In this document: one piece after another, positions 38,761 to 53,298 of the stretch
Layout of the letters: each line of letters begins with the position of its first letter
How positions within the stretch are numbered: position 1 is the first letter of the stretch
Assembly (NCBI GenBank): GCA_951406725.2
Contig: OX597826.1
Location: forward strand, 53,940,001-54,004,000
Reading direction: 5' to 3'
Length of the DNA: 64,000 bases
Source of the DNA: Octopus vulgaris
Taxonomy: Eukaryota
Made by a program: the position numbers and the translations under genes
The notes under the pieces: generated by a model
Told to the model about the DNA's origin: nothing
The model's database searches: none
The model's input: only the letters and a program-made list of their open reading frames with translations

Positions 38761-38982
38761 TTTCATTACTAACCCGGCCAAAACTGCCTCTGGCTCTGTA
38801 GTACAAATGTCTTGTTTTCTTAAGTTTCGAATTAAAATCTTGCACCAAACCTTAGTCACAATTTATGTTACTAACACTAGCTTAATGGTAACTGAGTTAT
38901 TTTACTAAATTCTTTGTTATATTTAAAATAATTGAAAGAAACACAGAGCATCTCAAAGTAAATACGGTAACGAAAGGGTTAA
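38761..38982. mobile_element. piggyBac-type MITE (family P1)
   Basis: Colinear with 891-1120; right end gtaacgaaagggTTAA intact. Confidence 0.85.
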
Positions 38983-41344
38983 ATCTTACACCAGTAACTG
39001 TTAAACAGAGAGATTGGTCTGAACATCATTGGCCACCTAGATCAATGATGCAGGTATGTTTATATGCTTAAGAAGTTAATTTTGGAGTCATATAGTTTCA
39101 GCTTTGTCTCACTGCATGGAACCTTAGGAAACTGTAATTATCCTCGTCATCGTTGTCATCATTATTTTCATCATCAATATCATCATCATTTCATGTCCAC
39201 TTTCTATGTTAGCATGGGTCATTAGCTATTTTCTTAGATGGGTTGGAGAACTTCATCTACTAAGTCTTGTTTTTAGTTTTGTATCTATGACCGTATGCCC
39301 TTCCTAACACCAACCACTTTGCAGAGGGTCTTGGGTGCATTGTTTGAGGCATCAGTACTGGAAAGGTGTAATGTGTTTGATAGAACTAAAGGAGTCTCTT
39401 GACCCTACACTTAACAGAGTCCACCGGGTACTTAATTTTATTATAACATCAGCACTAGAAAGGATAGGGGTGAAAGAATGATGGATGGCAAGTGGGGGTG
39501 AATGATAGAAATCAATATCAAATGATGAGGGAGCAAAAATACATGTGTATTGGTTGAAGTCTTTTAAGTAGTATGCCTCAATCCTGCGAGTGGAACCTGG
39601 TGGACAAAACCTGTGAAGAAGCCCAGTGTGCATGCATGTATGAGTGTGCATGCGCACATGTATGTGTGTAAGTGTTTGTGTGTGTGTACCTGTAATGTGT
39701 GCCTATATCTGGATGTACGAATGTATGTGCATGTATGCTTATACCTTTAGTTATTTGTTGGTGAAAGATGTAAACATCAGCAAAAGAATTGCTTTTTTAA
39801 ACTAAGTCCATTGAATTACAGAGACATTTTTGCCACTCTTGCCAATCGAAATGCAGTGAACCAGTGCCAGGCGATGCTATTGTTCATAAATCACATTGCC
39901 AAAAAAAAAAAAAAAACTACATGATAATCGATGATTCTGAGGAGAAAAGGAATGGTATTGGGAGAACATTATGAGAAATCACTGAGCAGGTGAAATTGCA
40001 TAGTTTGGACATCTTATGCATCGACAGATGCAGAAATTCCAAAAAGATGAATAACAAAGTCAATTCTAATAAGATTGAAAAAGGAAAACAGTTTGGTGCT
40101 CCACAATTTCTGCAACCCAGAAAAAAAAAAATGTTTTGTTACCTTGAGAAAACAATACAAACTTCAAGTCTGTTCTTTCTACTCTTTAATCTAAGATTTA
40201 AAAATCTTTTACAGTGATTTAGTCTAAATAAATATCAGAATTACTCTGAATCTGTTCCAGAGAATGTTTGAAGTTAAATCTTTACATTAGATTAAAATAA
40301 TGAAAGCAATATTACATTTGGGAAACTTATAAAATCTTGAGTAAAAATGACCAAAGAATGAAAAACAATCATTAATTAATCCAGTTAAATTCAAAACAAA
40401 TACATGTGTGCATATCTGTGTCTTTGCATATAAAGCGCCTAACTTGTCTATGTGTGAGTGAGTATGCTTGTATTCATATGAAACAGCAGTGAGGTGGAAT
40501 CTTACTAGAAGCTATAGTCTCTCTTGAAAGAAATACATGCAAAAATGTCACTAAATCAATTAAGTAAAACTTAATTAGTCAGAATCAGAAGCATGAAATG
40601 TAATTACAAATCAAAAGACTAGTTAACTACCACATATAGACAGACTCTGCAGAGCTATAACCACACAATAGTTAAACAATTAGAAAAAACATCAATTGGA
40701 CTTCATCAATGAAATTAAATTAAATATATTTCAAGCTAATCTGAATACTTTTGTTAGCTATATGGTTAATATGTCTATCTCCTGACATATATGAAGTCAA
40801 TTCATAGCCAGCAATAGTTCTAAGGCAATTTAGAACATCACTATTTAACCATAGTTATCAGTAAATGACATGTCAAAAACCAGGCTGTTTGATCTCCAAC
40901 TAATTGACAAGGTTGATGTTTTTTAGATTATAGTTTGTAGGTTTTCAGTTTTAATTTATTTTAAATATCTAATCAAATTTGTGATTTAATTGGCGATGCT
41001 GACTTATTAAATGCAATGGTGGTAGAGAAATGCCTACAGCCTCTTTTAGAATACAGAGACGAATGGTATATTTTGTTAAAGTACCTTAATAATTACAGAA
41101 ATATTTGAACTACTGACAGACCAGAGTCATTGAGTTTAGCGTTACTGGCCATAACCACAAAACAGGGCTGTTTTAGCAGCATTATAGGCCACCAGACAAA
41201 TTAATGCACTGGACCCTATATTTATTTATTGATAGCAAACCACAACATACATAGCTTAGAATCTGGCCTATAGGCTTGTGGGGCCCCTGGGCAACTTGTC
41301 CAGCATGCCCATGCCTTAAGATAGCACTGCTCATAAATTGTGTT

Positions 41345-41806
41345 AAGGGTAAAAGGGTAAAGATCCCCCTTGGTCATGAATGACCATGAGATTGCACCTA
41401 GAAAGTCACCTTCCAAGGCAGAAGTCTGGGCAAGGTTGTTTATGGAAGACCAGCAATCATCCATGCATACCAGTCTCCCCTCTCCATGCCACCGATGTGA
41501 TCCAAGGGAAAGGCAGAGGCCGATACAGCTTGGCACCAGTGACATCGCAATTCATTCCTACAGCTGAATGAACTGGAGCAGCCTGAAATAAAGTGTCTTG
41601 TTCAAGAACACAACACACAGCCTAGTCTGGCAATCAGACTCACCACCACATGATTGTATGCCTGTTCAAATTCTGCCGAGGTCAACTTTGCCTTTCATCC
41701 TTTCGGCGGTCGATAAATTAAGTACCAGTTGTGTAGTGGGATTGATCTAATCGACTGGCCCCCTCCCCAAAAATTTCGAGCCTCGTGCCTAGAAGAGAAA
41801 AGAATA
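41345..41806. mobile_element. SINE family C (minus) fused to a family B 3' fragment (plus)
   Basis: Family C 41345-41663; family B body 41663-41806. Confidence 0.8.
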
Positions 41807-42721
41807 AAATATTTGGTAATATATCACCCAGTGTTTTGCATGATCCCACATGAACTTATATACTGTGAAAGGAGGCAGAGTTTTTAGAGTGCTATAAGGA
41901 ATATTCTGATGTTCTGTATTCTAAGTTCAAACCCAGTCAACTTAGCCTTTCAAAAAAAAAAAAAAATACCATCCCAGGTCAGTTGGCAGTATTTCCTTCA
42001 GCTCTTTATGTTCTCTTAGTAATGTCTGCAATGTCACTGACAGCAAGTTATACTGGCGTCGACCTAAGTCAGCAGCCTTTACCTTTGAATAAACAACAGT
42101 GGCATGGAGAGAAGAGACTTGCATGCATAGGCAACTGTCAGTCTTCCTCAAAAAGAAAAAAAAAAGTTGAACCAGTTGAATCAAGCCTGTATATACATGT
42201 GCAAATGCAAAGTCAATGACCAACAGAGGCCCCTTATGAATGTATTATGCATCTCATACATACAATGTGTTTCTACACAGTTTCTATGTGACAAATGATG
42301 AAAGGACACTCCAGACAGAATGAATGGAAAATAAGTAAAATAGGCATGAAAAATTTGCATATTTTAGTTATGGAGATAGTGATGATGGTGTCTCTTAATT
42401 AACCTCAATGGTTTTGTGTTCCTAAATATGCTAATTTTCCATTAGTATTTCTAATTAGACTTTTGATGTTTGGCATTTATATGTTCAGCTCTACATAATA
42501 GCTGATTTTCATGAGTAAGGCACCTCTGATTAATTAACCTTAGTGTTTTATTTTCCTAAATATGCTAATTTTCCATGTTTTCTTAAATTACACAACTGTA
42601 ATTCTAATTATTGGTTCACTTATCACTGCTTCTATATGTACAGTGAAGTCTGTGTTTTTTACTGGGGAGGTTCAATAATACTTAAATATGTCCGGAATTG
42701 TCTCCCATACTTTCCAAAATA

Positions 42722-42942
42722 TTGGTTTCAGATTTCGGCACAAGGCCAAGAATTTTGATGGGAAGGTGTTAGTCAATGTCATTGACTTCAATACTTGACT
42801 GGTACTTTATTTCATCAACTCTGAAAGGATGAAATGCAAAGATGACCTCAGTGAGATTTGAACTTGGAATATAGCAAGTTGGAAGAAATATCACAAAGCA
42901 TTTTGTTCAATGCTCTAATGATTCTGCCAGTTCACCACCCTA
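42722..42942 (-). mobile_element. SINE family B, old copy
   Basis: Degenerate head and body. Confidence 0.75.
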
Positions 42943-45289
42943 ATAACACCCACCTCTGTTCATGACATTAGTATTTCTAATTTCTCTTACCTCCCCAACT
43001 TATGCATCATTGCTCACCTGTCACCTCTTAGTCACAATTCACTACATCCACCTATCAACTTAACAGTTACTGCCTACCCCCATTTCCTCCACCCATTTCC
43101 CCATCTCTTGCCTTGTCCCATATACTCATGCAGATCCCCTCCCACACACCCACAATCCAAGTTCATCTGTCTTCACTAACTTCTGCTCACCTCGTCCCTT
43201 GAGAAGCCATTCAGGCACCTCATCACCACTATACTATTTCTTGCCAGCTCCACCAGATCATTCTTGTCCTCTCTTTTAAATGAGAGTAGCCATGTAGCTC
43301 ATCTACCTCAAGAAACCTGCTCTGCCACTTTTCTCTCATACTTTAACCCCTAATCGCCTAGCATTAAGACATACACCTCCTCATGGTTTGTAGCCTTGCA
43401 AGCTGTATGGCAACCTGACTTGTGCTAATGACACAAAAAAGCACCCAGTACATGCAGTAAAATGGTTGATGTTAGGAAGGGCACTCAGCCATAGAATCCA
43501 TGCCAAAGTAGGTGATGTTGATAATGATGATGATCAACATATATCATTCTCAGTCATTTGAGGCGAGTTGTTTCACCTGCTCTGGGATATTTGGTGTTCT
43601 TTAAACACTTGGTGTTTTGTAGAGCACTTTCCCCAGATGCTGTCCTGTAGTAAAGGGCAATATAAACAGAATACATACACTATGTATGTACAACAAATAT
43701 ATATATATAGATATACATAAATATACACACACCACACACACACATGATTGGATGCATTCAGCATACACAATTATTCATTCAGGTTTTGGCCATTCTTCTT
43801 TGCTGCTCCACAGCCCAAAATATCTTAAGTGGCAGCATGTCCTTGTCAAGGGAACAGATCTGATGGTAAAAAAAAAAAACAGACACAAAAAAGCAGAGAT
43901 CAAATGTCAAAGACACAAAGAGCAGCTTGCACTTTCTTGTCTCCCACCAACTCTCCCCTATGATAAATGCCACACCCAGTTCTTCTATACAGCCCTTGGC
44001 ATGAACAGCCACCTAAGTACTGGCACCCTTCAAACCCATCAAGATGAAGAGTTTCAATCAATGGCTACAGATCTACTACTCAGATACGAGTAAATGCCAC
44101 TGCTGCTGAAAGATATATATATATATATAGGACAGATTTACAGAAAACAAAAGATGAAGACAGGTGTAAGAACAACAAGCAGGTGTATAAGTTTATCTCA
44201 ACAAATTCCGTTTGACCCATACAGGTATGAAAATGTGGACATTAAGTGACAATGATAATGATGATGATGATGATTTGGTGTGTATATGTATATATTGATC
44301 TTGATCATGTAAGTAGATGATAGACAATAGATTTGTCTATCATGACAGAAGATAAAGCATAGTAAGGTTTTTGAGCCTTGTAACATATACCCTAAGTATG
44401 AAAAGGGAGACATTTCACTGATATAGTGATAAGGGGTATCCACAACAAACATGATAGTGATCATGATGAAATCAACAAACTCCATCAACAATTATTTAGA
44501 ATTAAGATAAATATTACATTTCAAAAGAGGAAAAAAAAACACAAAGTTACAACCTCAATGGAAATATTGATAGAAATAGAAAGCATTAAAGAAGGTTTAG
44601 AAAATAGTGAAAAGCAATTAAATAAAATCAATGAAAGTAACAACAAAGCTGAGCAATATGTGAATAGCGCTGAGCATGTGATTGCTGTTAGAGATTTTTA
44701 AGTCCCAGGTTAGTTTTGATCGATCAGAAGGTATTCTAGCTGTGACCATCCCATATGCTTTATTTGTTGGTTACAGTGAATCTAGGACAACATTAGACAT
44801 TATTCGATGTCCTTTCTATTCTTTAAAGTGGTAGGTGCAGTTTGAAGATGGTCCAGTTGTCATTTCTAGCAGATCATAGGAACATAAAGTGGCTCCTTCA
44901 TTGGCTCATAGGTGGATGTAATCGGTGATGTAGAGAAAAGAAAAAGAAGGAAAAAAGGCAATGAAATATTTGATGATGTTCGAAGATTTCTAGCATATAC
45001 TGGCAATAAATTAATCCCAAAAGAATGAAAGGTAAAGATGACCTCGGGGAAATTTGAACTCAGAAAGTAAAGAACCAGAAATTGTAGTTTAGGATAATGA
45101 AAACCACAATCCTATAGTAAGTAAATAAGGGACAAGAGGAAAATGGGGAGTTAATGAATTTAATAATATATTTTACTGCATAAAAGATTTATCTACAAGG
45201 ATGGGAAATAAATTTAATAGAGAAGTTAGGTGAGAGATAAAAAGAAAGACCATTTAATGAAAAAGGGGAAAAAAAGTCAATTAGAACTA

Positions 45290-45622
45290 GGGTTAAAGGC
45301 CCCCCTTCCTTGGGTAATGAATGGTCATTGCACCTAGAAAGTTACCCTCTGAGACATAAGTCTGGGCAATGTTGTTTTATGGTAAACTAGCAGTCCTCGA
45401 AGCATACCAACCTCTCCACTCCATACCACTGATGTTGTCCAAGGGAAAGGCAAAGGCCGATACAGCTTGGCACCAGTGATGTCACAACTCATTTGTACAG
45501 CTGGGTAAACTGGAGTAATGTGAAATAAAGTGTCTTACTCAAGAATACAACACACAGCACGGTTCAGGAATCGAAATCAGTACCACATGGTTGTGAGCCC
45601 AACACTCCAACCACTGAGCTGT
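45290..45622 (-). mobile_element. SINE family C
   Basis: Colinear with 23275-23606. Confidence 0.85.
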
Positions 45623-46352
45623 ACAGTCAATAAAAAAATGTGACTATCATCATTATTTTTGATGTCCACACTTCCATGTTTGCACAAGTCAGATGAAATT
45701 CATTGAGGCAGATTTTTATAGCTAGGCATTCTTCCTGCCAGCAGTCCTCATCTGTTTCCTAGCAAGGTATCTTACTTCATGCCTGGATATCTTTCCACTG
45801 ACGACTGAAAATGAACACCATGATGTGAATACAAGGAAACACAAACATGTACCCACATGTATATATATGTGTGTGAGTGCATTATTTACTTTTAATCTAC
45901 ATGTTTGTTACAACCACTCACCAAAACACACCCAGCATCCTAAGGCGAGTGAAGGATAAGAGATGTTACAGTATGACTGAAAGCTTGGGGAGGGGAAGTG
46001 GCAGGGGCAGTAGCAAAATATTTTCATGTAATACAATACAGGCATTTAAATTGATAGGGTTTTTCTAAGGATGTGGACAGTACTTGTCAGCACAATCTTT
46101 TGGATTTCTCAGAGACATGGTCCTCTTGGGATATTATCTAGATGTTTCTAACATCCCCTTCTTATCATACCAAGGGCACTCACAATAACAGGAACAGTTC
46201 TCAATTTAAGATGCCTCACATTTTGTATTTCTATTCCCAGGTCCTTATATTTACTTAATTTGTCAAATTCTTTTACAGATATATTTCTATCAGTGAGGAC
46301 ATTTACATCTATTAGTCTACAAGTATTTTCTTCCCTCTCAATAATAATTATG

Positions 46353-46791
46353 TCTGGTCAATTAGCCTGGATAGTTCTGTTGTTGTCGTCGTCATCATCA
46401 TCATTATTATTACAGAAGGCGGTGAGCTGGCAGAATCGTTAGTATACACAAATTGCTTTTAGCCCCTTCCACAAGACTGCTGGCCTTGTGCCAGAATTTG
46501 AAAGTTTTAGTATCATCATTATTATTATTATTATTATTATTTCTGGTCAATTAGCCTGGATAGTTCTGTTGTTGTCGTCGTCATCATCATCATTATTATT
46601 ACAGAAGGCGGTGAGCTGGCAGAATCGTTAGTATGCAGGGCAAATTGCTTAGCACCATTTCATCTGTCTTTATGTTCTGAGTTCAAATTTCATGGAGGTC
46701 GACTTTGCCTTTCATCCTTTTGGGATCCATGTAACTGACTTAGCCCCTTCCCCAAGACTGCTGGCCTTGTGCCAGAATTTGAAAGTTTTAG
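46353..46791 (+). repeat. tandem duplication of flank plus SINE B (first SINE copy internally deleted)
   Basis: 46353-46445 matches 46542-46634. Confidence 0.85.
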
Positions 46792-46816
46792 AATCATTAT
46801 TATTATTATCATTATA

Positions 46817-46860
<44 letters not shown>

Positions 46861-47179
46861 TACTACTATTATTATCAATGGTCTACTGGCTAGGGTGTTG
46901 CACTCATGACTGCTAGATCATGGTTTCAGTTCCTTCAACTGGGTAGTGTATCATGTTCTTGAGCTAAACACTTCATCTCATGTTGCTTTGCGATCACTTC
47001 AAGACATGATGTGTGATACACCAAGCACCTGTTCAGGCAACACCAATTTGATGGACAGAGTGAGCTAATGTACAACATTGATCACAAATCATTTGTGCAG
47101 GTCATTCAACAAAAGCTGAACACCCTTATGTATTTTTTGATGGGACTGCCAGTTATTATTATCATTATTATTATTATTT

Positions 47180-47397
47180 AAGGTGGTGAGCTGGCAGAAT
47201 CATTAACACACCGAGCAAAATGCTTAGTGGTATATTACCTGTTACAAAGTTCTCAGTTCAAATTCTGCCAGGGTCAGCTTTTTCTTTCATCCTCTTGGGG
47301 TTGATAAAATAAGTACCTGTTGAACATGGGGGTCAATGTAATTGACTAGATGCCTCCCTCAAAATTTCTGACCTTGTGCCTTTAGAGGAAAGGATTA
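47180..47397 (+). mobile_element. SINE family B with (ATT)n tail
   Basis: Head aaggtggtgagctggcagaatc, body, tail. Confidence 0.85.
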
Positions 47398-47449
<52 letters not shown>

Positions 47450-48589
47450 TGTTATTATTATTATCATTATTATTTTTTGAAACAGTTTGATTCAGCTCTC
47501 GAATTTGGTTAAGTGAGCCTGAAAGCGCCAGGTTTCTATAAGAACCCTAGGAAACTTTAAGCTGCATGGAGCTGAATGAAACTGTTTTAAATAATGATAC
47601 ATGTGACTCCTGACGACAATGAAACTCACCCCCACATTTTTTTTTATTTTACTAGAAATGCAAGTAGAAACATAATGTAGATCTAGGTAGGTACAACGAA
47701 AATATGAAGGTCATGGCAGGCATACCTTTTTGGTCAGGGATGATCAAGGCGATAAACATCAACATCATTGGTACCTATTATATTGGCCCTTACGGAATGG
47801 CAGACAAAGACTTAATAACCACAGAGGTTTTTTGAAAATAATTATTTCTAGACAATCCTATTATACTAAAGAAAATGTATATACAGCTTCATTTGTTATT
47901 TGTTAATTTGTATGTTTATTTCATAATTTATTGTTAAAGGTGCTGTAGCGATATTGCTTGGATGCTGAACTGATAACTGAGAATCCTCTTAGACTGAAAC
48001 ACTATTTATCTCCCTATTATTTAAACAGCAGTCACATATATCTTACAGATGAGTAGTTAGAAAGAGAGTATCTTTCTATAAAGATATCCACTTCAGCAGT
48101 TTATGATAAAGTTTGAAAATGAAAAATAAAAAAAATTAATAACCAACACATGATAGCAGAGGAAAAAAATATATAAAATAATGTAAAAACATGAAAGAAA
48201 AAAGAAAGAAAAAAGCCAACATAAAAGAACTCAAAAACATAGACTTGAATTTATTTAGCTGTTATAATGAGAATGTTTGTTAGTTAAATGTCATCCTGAA
48301 AAATCTTTGAATCAAACACAACCAGAGCAATGCTGTGTTGATGCTATCTTTCACAACGTATATGGCTCGGAGATTCATAATCACTGGTTTAATGAGAAGA
48401 ATGGAAAAGAAGTGGTAGCAGGCGTGTTAGCATAACTTGCAAACACATGTCTGTAAGTGACCCTTTAAGAAAGAATTGCAGCTTCTGCCTGACATTTCAG
48501 GAGGACATGTGAAATGACGGTTTCTGACCTATTGCTCTGCCATCTTATGCAGCAGTGCAGCAGAAAGATAAAAGGGAAATACATAATAC

Positions 48590-49037
48590 ATACACACACA
48601 ACACACATATATGTGTATGTATATGTGTATATACATACACAAATACATTATTATATATATACAAATACACACACACACACATATATATATACACAAATAC
48701 ATATATATAAATATATATATATATACAAACACATATATATATATATATACAAACACATATATATATATAAATACATATATATATATATATGAATACATAC
48801 ATATATAAATACATATATATATTATATACAAATACATATATATAAATACACACACACACACATATATATACACAAATACATATATATAAATATATATATA
48901 TATACAAACACATATATATATATATATATAAATACATATATATATATATATGAATACATACATATATAAATACATATATATATTATATACAAATACATAT
49001 ATATATACATAAATATATATACAAATACATATACATA

Positions 49038-49075
<38 letters not shown>

Positions 49076-49236
49076 TATATACAAACAAATATATATATAA
49101 ATACATATATATATAAATACATATATATATATATACATACATACATATATATACATATATATACAAATACATATATACATATAAATACATATATAAATAA
49201 ATGCATATATATATAAATACACATATATATATATAC

Positions 49237-49269
<33 letters not shown>

Positions 49270-49290
49270 TGTATGTATGTATGTATGTGA
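48590..49290. repeat. ~700-bp compound AT/AC microsatellite
   Basis: Read directly; source of the 231-aa spurious ORF. Confidence 0.95.
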
Positions 49291-50299
49291 GTCTATAAGC
49301 TAAAAGAAAAGAAGGGGAAACTGCTTGCAAGAGAATTAGTCTGTGTTGCTAATGGTATTTTATATCAGTGTGAACTTTAAAAATCGATGACTCAGGGAAC
49401 TTAACAAGTAAAACAAATGATACGTCTATGTAGCATAAATAATTTTGTCATTGGTTTTAATGTTCATTTTTTTCTTTTTTAGCCATAGGAAATATATCAA
49501 CCCATGGGGAAATATCCTGTAGACATATGATTAAAAGTATTCTAGTCATGGCCATCCCATCTATTTAAGGATATATGTCTAGGATTACATCATGTAATTC
49601 TGTTCTTTTATCTAAGACGGTAGGGTGTGATAATGATGATGGTAATGATGATTATGATGGCTGCTGATGATGATACTAGCATAGATACAATGAATCATAA
49701 GATGTAAATCCCTTATTGACCCAATATATATTATTGTCATTGTTTTAATGTTCATTTTTTTTCTTTTTTACCAAGCTTCCATGGAAATATATCAACCCAT
49801 GGGGCAAATATCACTTTGCTGGGAAACAAGTGTTGGTAACAGGAAGGGCACCCATCCTAATAATATTACATCCGCAACAATAGTGACCAACAGTTATAAC
49901 CTATGCAAGCATGAAGGGGTGGAACATCCAAGCTAAACATGATGGTGGTGATAATGATGATGGTAATGATGATTATGATGATGATGATGATGATGATGAT
50001 ACACATAGATACACAATCTAAGATATAAATCACATTATAATGAAATTCTGTCAGGCCAAAATTACAACTATAATCTCCAATATAATATTGGAATCTTGTA
50101 ATGGGAACTAATGCACTATTGTCTACCTCTAGATTACTTGCATCTCACCTAGATGCAAAGACATGTTTCCAATTCTAATGTAATACAATGATTTACTGAT
50201 GAATTCTTTCTGAGGCCTTTCACCAAATTTTTCCTGAATAATATTACATCCGCAACAATTATGATTTGCACATCAACAGGAAACTCCAGAGTAACAGGT

Positions 50300-51320
50300 G
50301 ACTTAGTTAAGCCTTTCACTCCCTATGAAGCACAGGCCACTGACAGCTTTTCTCCACTGTTCCCTGAAGGAAAGCCATCCTGTCCCTTTTTGATTCTCAC
50401 TTGTCATCGATGTTTTGTTTTGTTTTCTGGTTAGGGGAGTTGGCCCGACACAAACCCATTTTAACCTCCGAGAAGAAGCGGTCCATACTAGTCTGGTCTC
50501 TAATCTTTGAACTGTCCAGCATGGAAAGCCCTAGTAAGAGCTTGCATTCTGCTGGTTCTTGGACATTTCTCAAGGTCATAGATTTAGAAGTTGACTAAAG
50601 TGTTTCTTCCCACCACTCTACTATTTCTGATTGGATTCTAATGTAATAAATGATTTACTGATGACTCTTTCCGAGTTTCACCAAATTTTTCCTGAATAAT
50701 ATTCACAGCATTATGATTTGCACATCAAAGGAAACTCCAGAGTAACAGGTGACTTAGTTCAACTGTGGGCTGCTTTTTCTGCTTCTCTCTAGTTGAATCC
50801 CACTGTTCAGCTCTTTTGAAATCCACTTCTCCAGCTGTTTTAGGGTATCCTTTCATCCACTTCCCTTGTGGGTTCCAGGACATGTCCTTCAGGGACCTTG
50901 TTAATTCTGAATTACCATTGATGCTTCTGTAACATCACTTTTATTCAGGAAGGGTGTTAAACCTACAAACCCATTTTAACCTCCGAGAAGAAGCGGTCCA
51001 TACTAGTCTGGTCTCTAATCTTTGAACTGTCCAGCATGGAAAGCCCTAGTAAGAGCTTGCATTCTGCTGGTTCTTGGACATTTCTCAAGGTCATAGATTT
51101 AGAAGTTGACTAAAATGTTTCTTCCCACCACTCTGCAACAAGGACTGGAACAGGTGGAACAGACTACTAGTCAGCCAAGATATATTCCTTACATCTCTGA
51201 CCAATATTAAACCCTTTACTCTCTACAGAGCTCAATGACTTTTTTCCCAATGTTTTCAACTGTGGGCTGTTTTTTCTGCTTCTCTCCAGTTAGATCCCTA
51301 TTTTTCAGCTCTCTTGAAAA
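50300..51320 (-). mobile_element. scrambled RTE-derived remnants
   Basis: Minus-strand peptides WRKAVSGLCFIGSERLN* (~50300-50360) and MSWNPQGKWMKGYP..SWR (~50820-50885) resemble the RTE C-terminus WNPQGKRKRGRP..TWRR...WR.LV.ALC. Confidence 0.6.
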
Positions 51321-51950
51321 TCTCAAAGCTACAAACTAATGCATGGTTAATTTAAATCAATCAGAATAAATAAGTATTACTTTTGATAGAATAATCATCA
51401 TCATTATTGTTTACATGTCCATGCTTTCCATGGACCTTGTTGATTCTGAATTACTGTTGATGTTTCTGTAACATCACTTTTATTTAGGAAGGGTGTTAAA
51501 CCTATGTAAACCCATTTTTACCTCTGGAAAGATAGATAATCAGATGGTACTGGAACGGCCACCTCATAATAATATGACCTGTCCAAAGGGGGTGACCTAT
51601 TAATCTAAATGCTCTCTGCTTGTATAGATTTAGGAACACTGAAGCACAGAAGCCACCACTCTGCAACAAGGACTGGAACAGGTAGAATAGACTCCTAGAT
51701 CAGCGAAGATATATTCCTTACATCTCTGACCAATATTAAATAGCTGTGTTAATCTTTTAGCATCTAAGCTGGCCATGTCTGGCCAAAATATTGTACCTGT
51801 TTTATGTTCAAAATGGCCAGATATGGTCTCTTACACCAACTGTACCAAATCATTCTAAAATTTAAAAGTTACCTCATCAAAATCTCAAAGCTACAAACTA
51901 ATGCATGGTTAATATAAATCAATCAGAATAAATAAGTATTACTTTTGATA

Positions 51951-52018
<68 letters not shown>

Positions 52019-52722
52019 GATGTCATGGGTTTGTGACCAGGCAGTGGCTCTCATGGCTTCTGATCTTAACTGATTGGAAGTGTTATCATGTACAGGTCAT
52101 GTTTTAGAGTAGATATGGCACTTGTTTGTGAAAGAAAGTCTAAAGTAGAGGGCAAAGAAAAAATTCTTCAGTGAGTGGTAAAACAAAATTGTTACTGAAT
52201 GGTTGGACCTAGTTTTACATGTTGATTTCATGTTTGGAGTGAACACAGCTACGTCCGGATTCCTGTGTTGGCTCCATGTTTGAAGGGAACATGGCAGCAT
52301 CCAGCTTCATGTGGTGGTGCATGATTGCAGTAAATACTTTGAGATCCAGTTTGAATAATTCACCTCTGGAAACATGTGGTAGCTGCATGTTTGGAATGAA
52401 TATGGCTGCACCCAACTTCAGAGCTACCTGTGATGACTGTAACGATGATGAGGGAGAAGGTACATTACAGTGTTAGCCCAAATAACCCAGACATTCCTTG
52501 AAGAAAATTTAACTGGGCCCCACCTGCAAGGTCATGTGCTGTTTATCTTGATATGAGATCACCATGTCGCGCACATATGGTTGTGATGCACCATGTATTG
52601 AAAGCTGCATCTAAAATATACCAACATATTTGTCTACAATTTATTTATATGAACAAGTCTTCTAGTTACTTCCATGAGGGCCCTTATAAATGTCTCATTC
52701 AATAATAATAATAATAATGATA

Positions 52723-52776
<54 letters not shown>

Positions 52777-53158
52777 GTCTTCGTCATCGTATGTATGTAT
52801 GTGTGTGTGTGTGTGTGTGTGTGTACGTGTGTGTGTGTGTGGCGTGCTAGATGTGTGTGTGTGTCAAAAAACTTATGCATGAACATGCATGTATGTGTCT
52901 ATGAAATGATCATCTGCAGGAATTAAATCTCTTATATATTTTAACATCCATTTCTTCTCCAATTTTCTAAATTGTTGACTTTTATGGGATTTCTTCCCAT
53001 AAATCTCACCATACATCATATACAAGTATATTTTCATATTCTCAAATTTACTGTTTCGAGTCAAAATATGACTGAATGGCAACATTAGAAATCTGGAAAC
53101 CTCCAAATTAAAGGATCAAGCACAATTGACACCTATAGGACTATATATATATATATGT

Positions 53159-53205
<47 letters not shown>

Positions 53206-53256
53206 GAAAAAAAGTCAAGGTAGAAAATGCTAAAATAATTTTAGAAAAAACAAACA

Positions 53257-53298
53257 TTTCAGTACCAGTTTCAGTCATTGAGACTTTTTCAACTGTAA
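53257..53298 (-). ncRNA. minimal type I hammerhead ribozyme-like motif (U3-A8 variant), probably Penelope-like-element derived
   Basis: Minus strand ttacag-TTGAAAA-agtc(tcaat)gact-GAAAC-tg-GTA-ctgaaa: stem I, core, 4-bp stem II and GUA cleavage triplet. Confidence 0.55.

Noticed and set aside
40133-40162. Second recursive-splice-like site (minus strand ttttctcAAG|GTAACA)
   Set aside because: AAG acceptor and weak donor; within chance expectation in AT-rich DNA.
47604-47636. CTGACGA-caat-GAAAC hammerhead-like core
   Set aside because: No stem II pairing, no stem I and no correctly placed NUH triplet.
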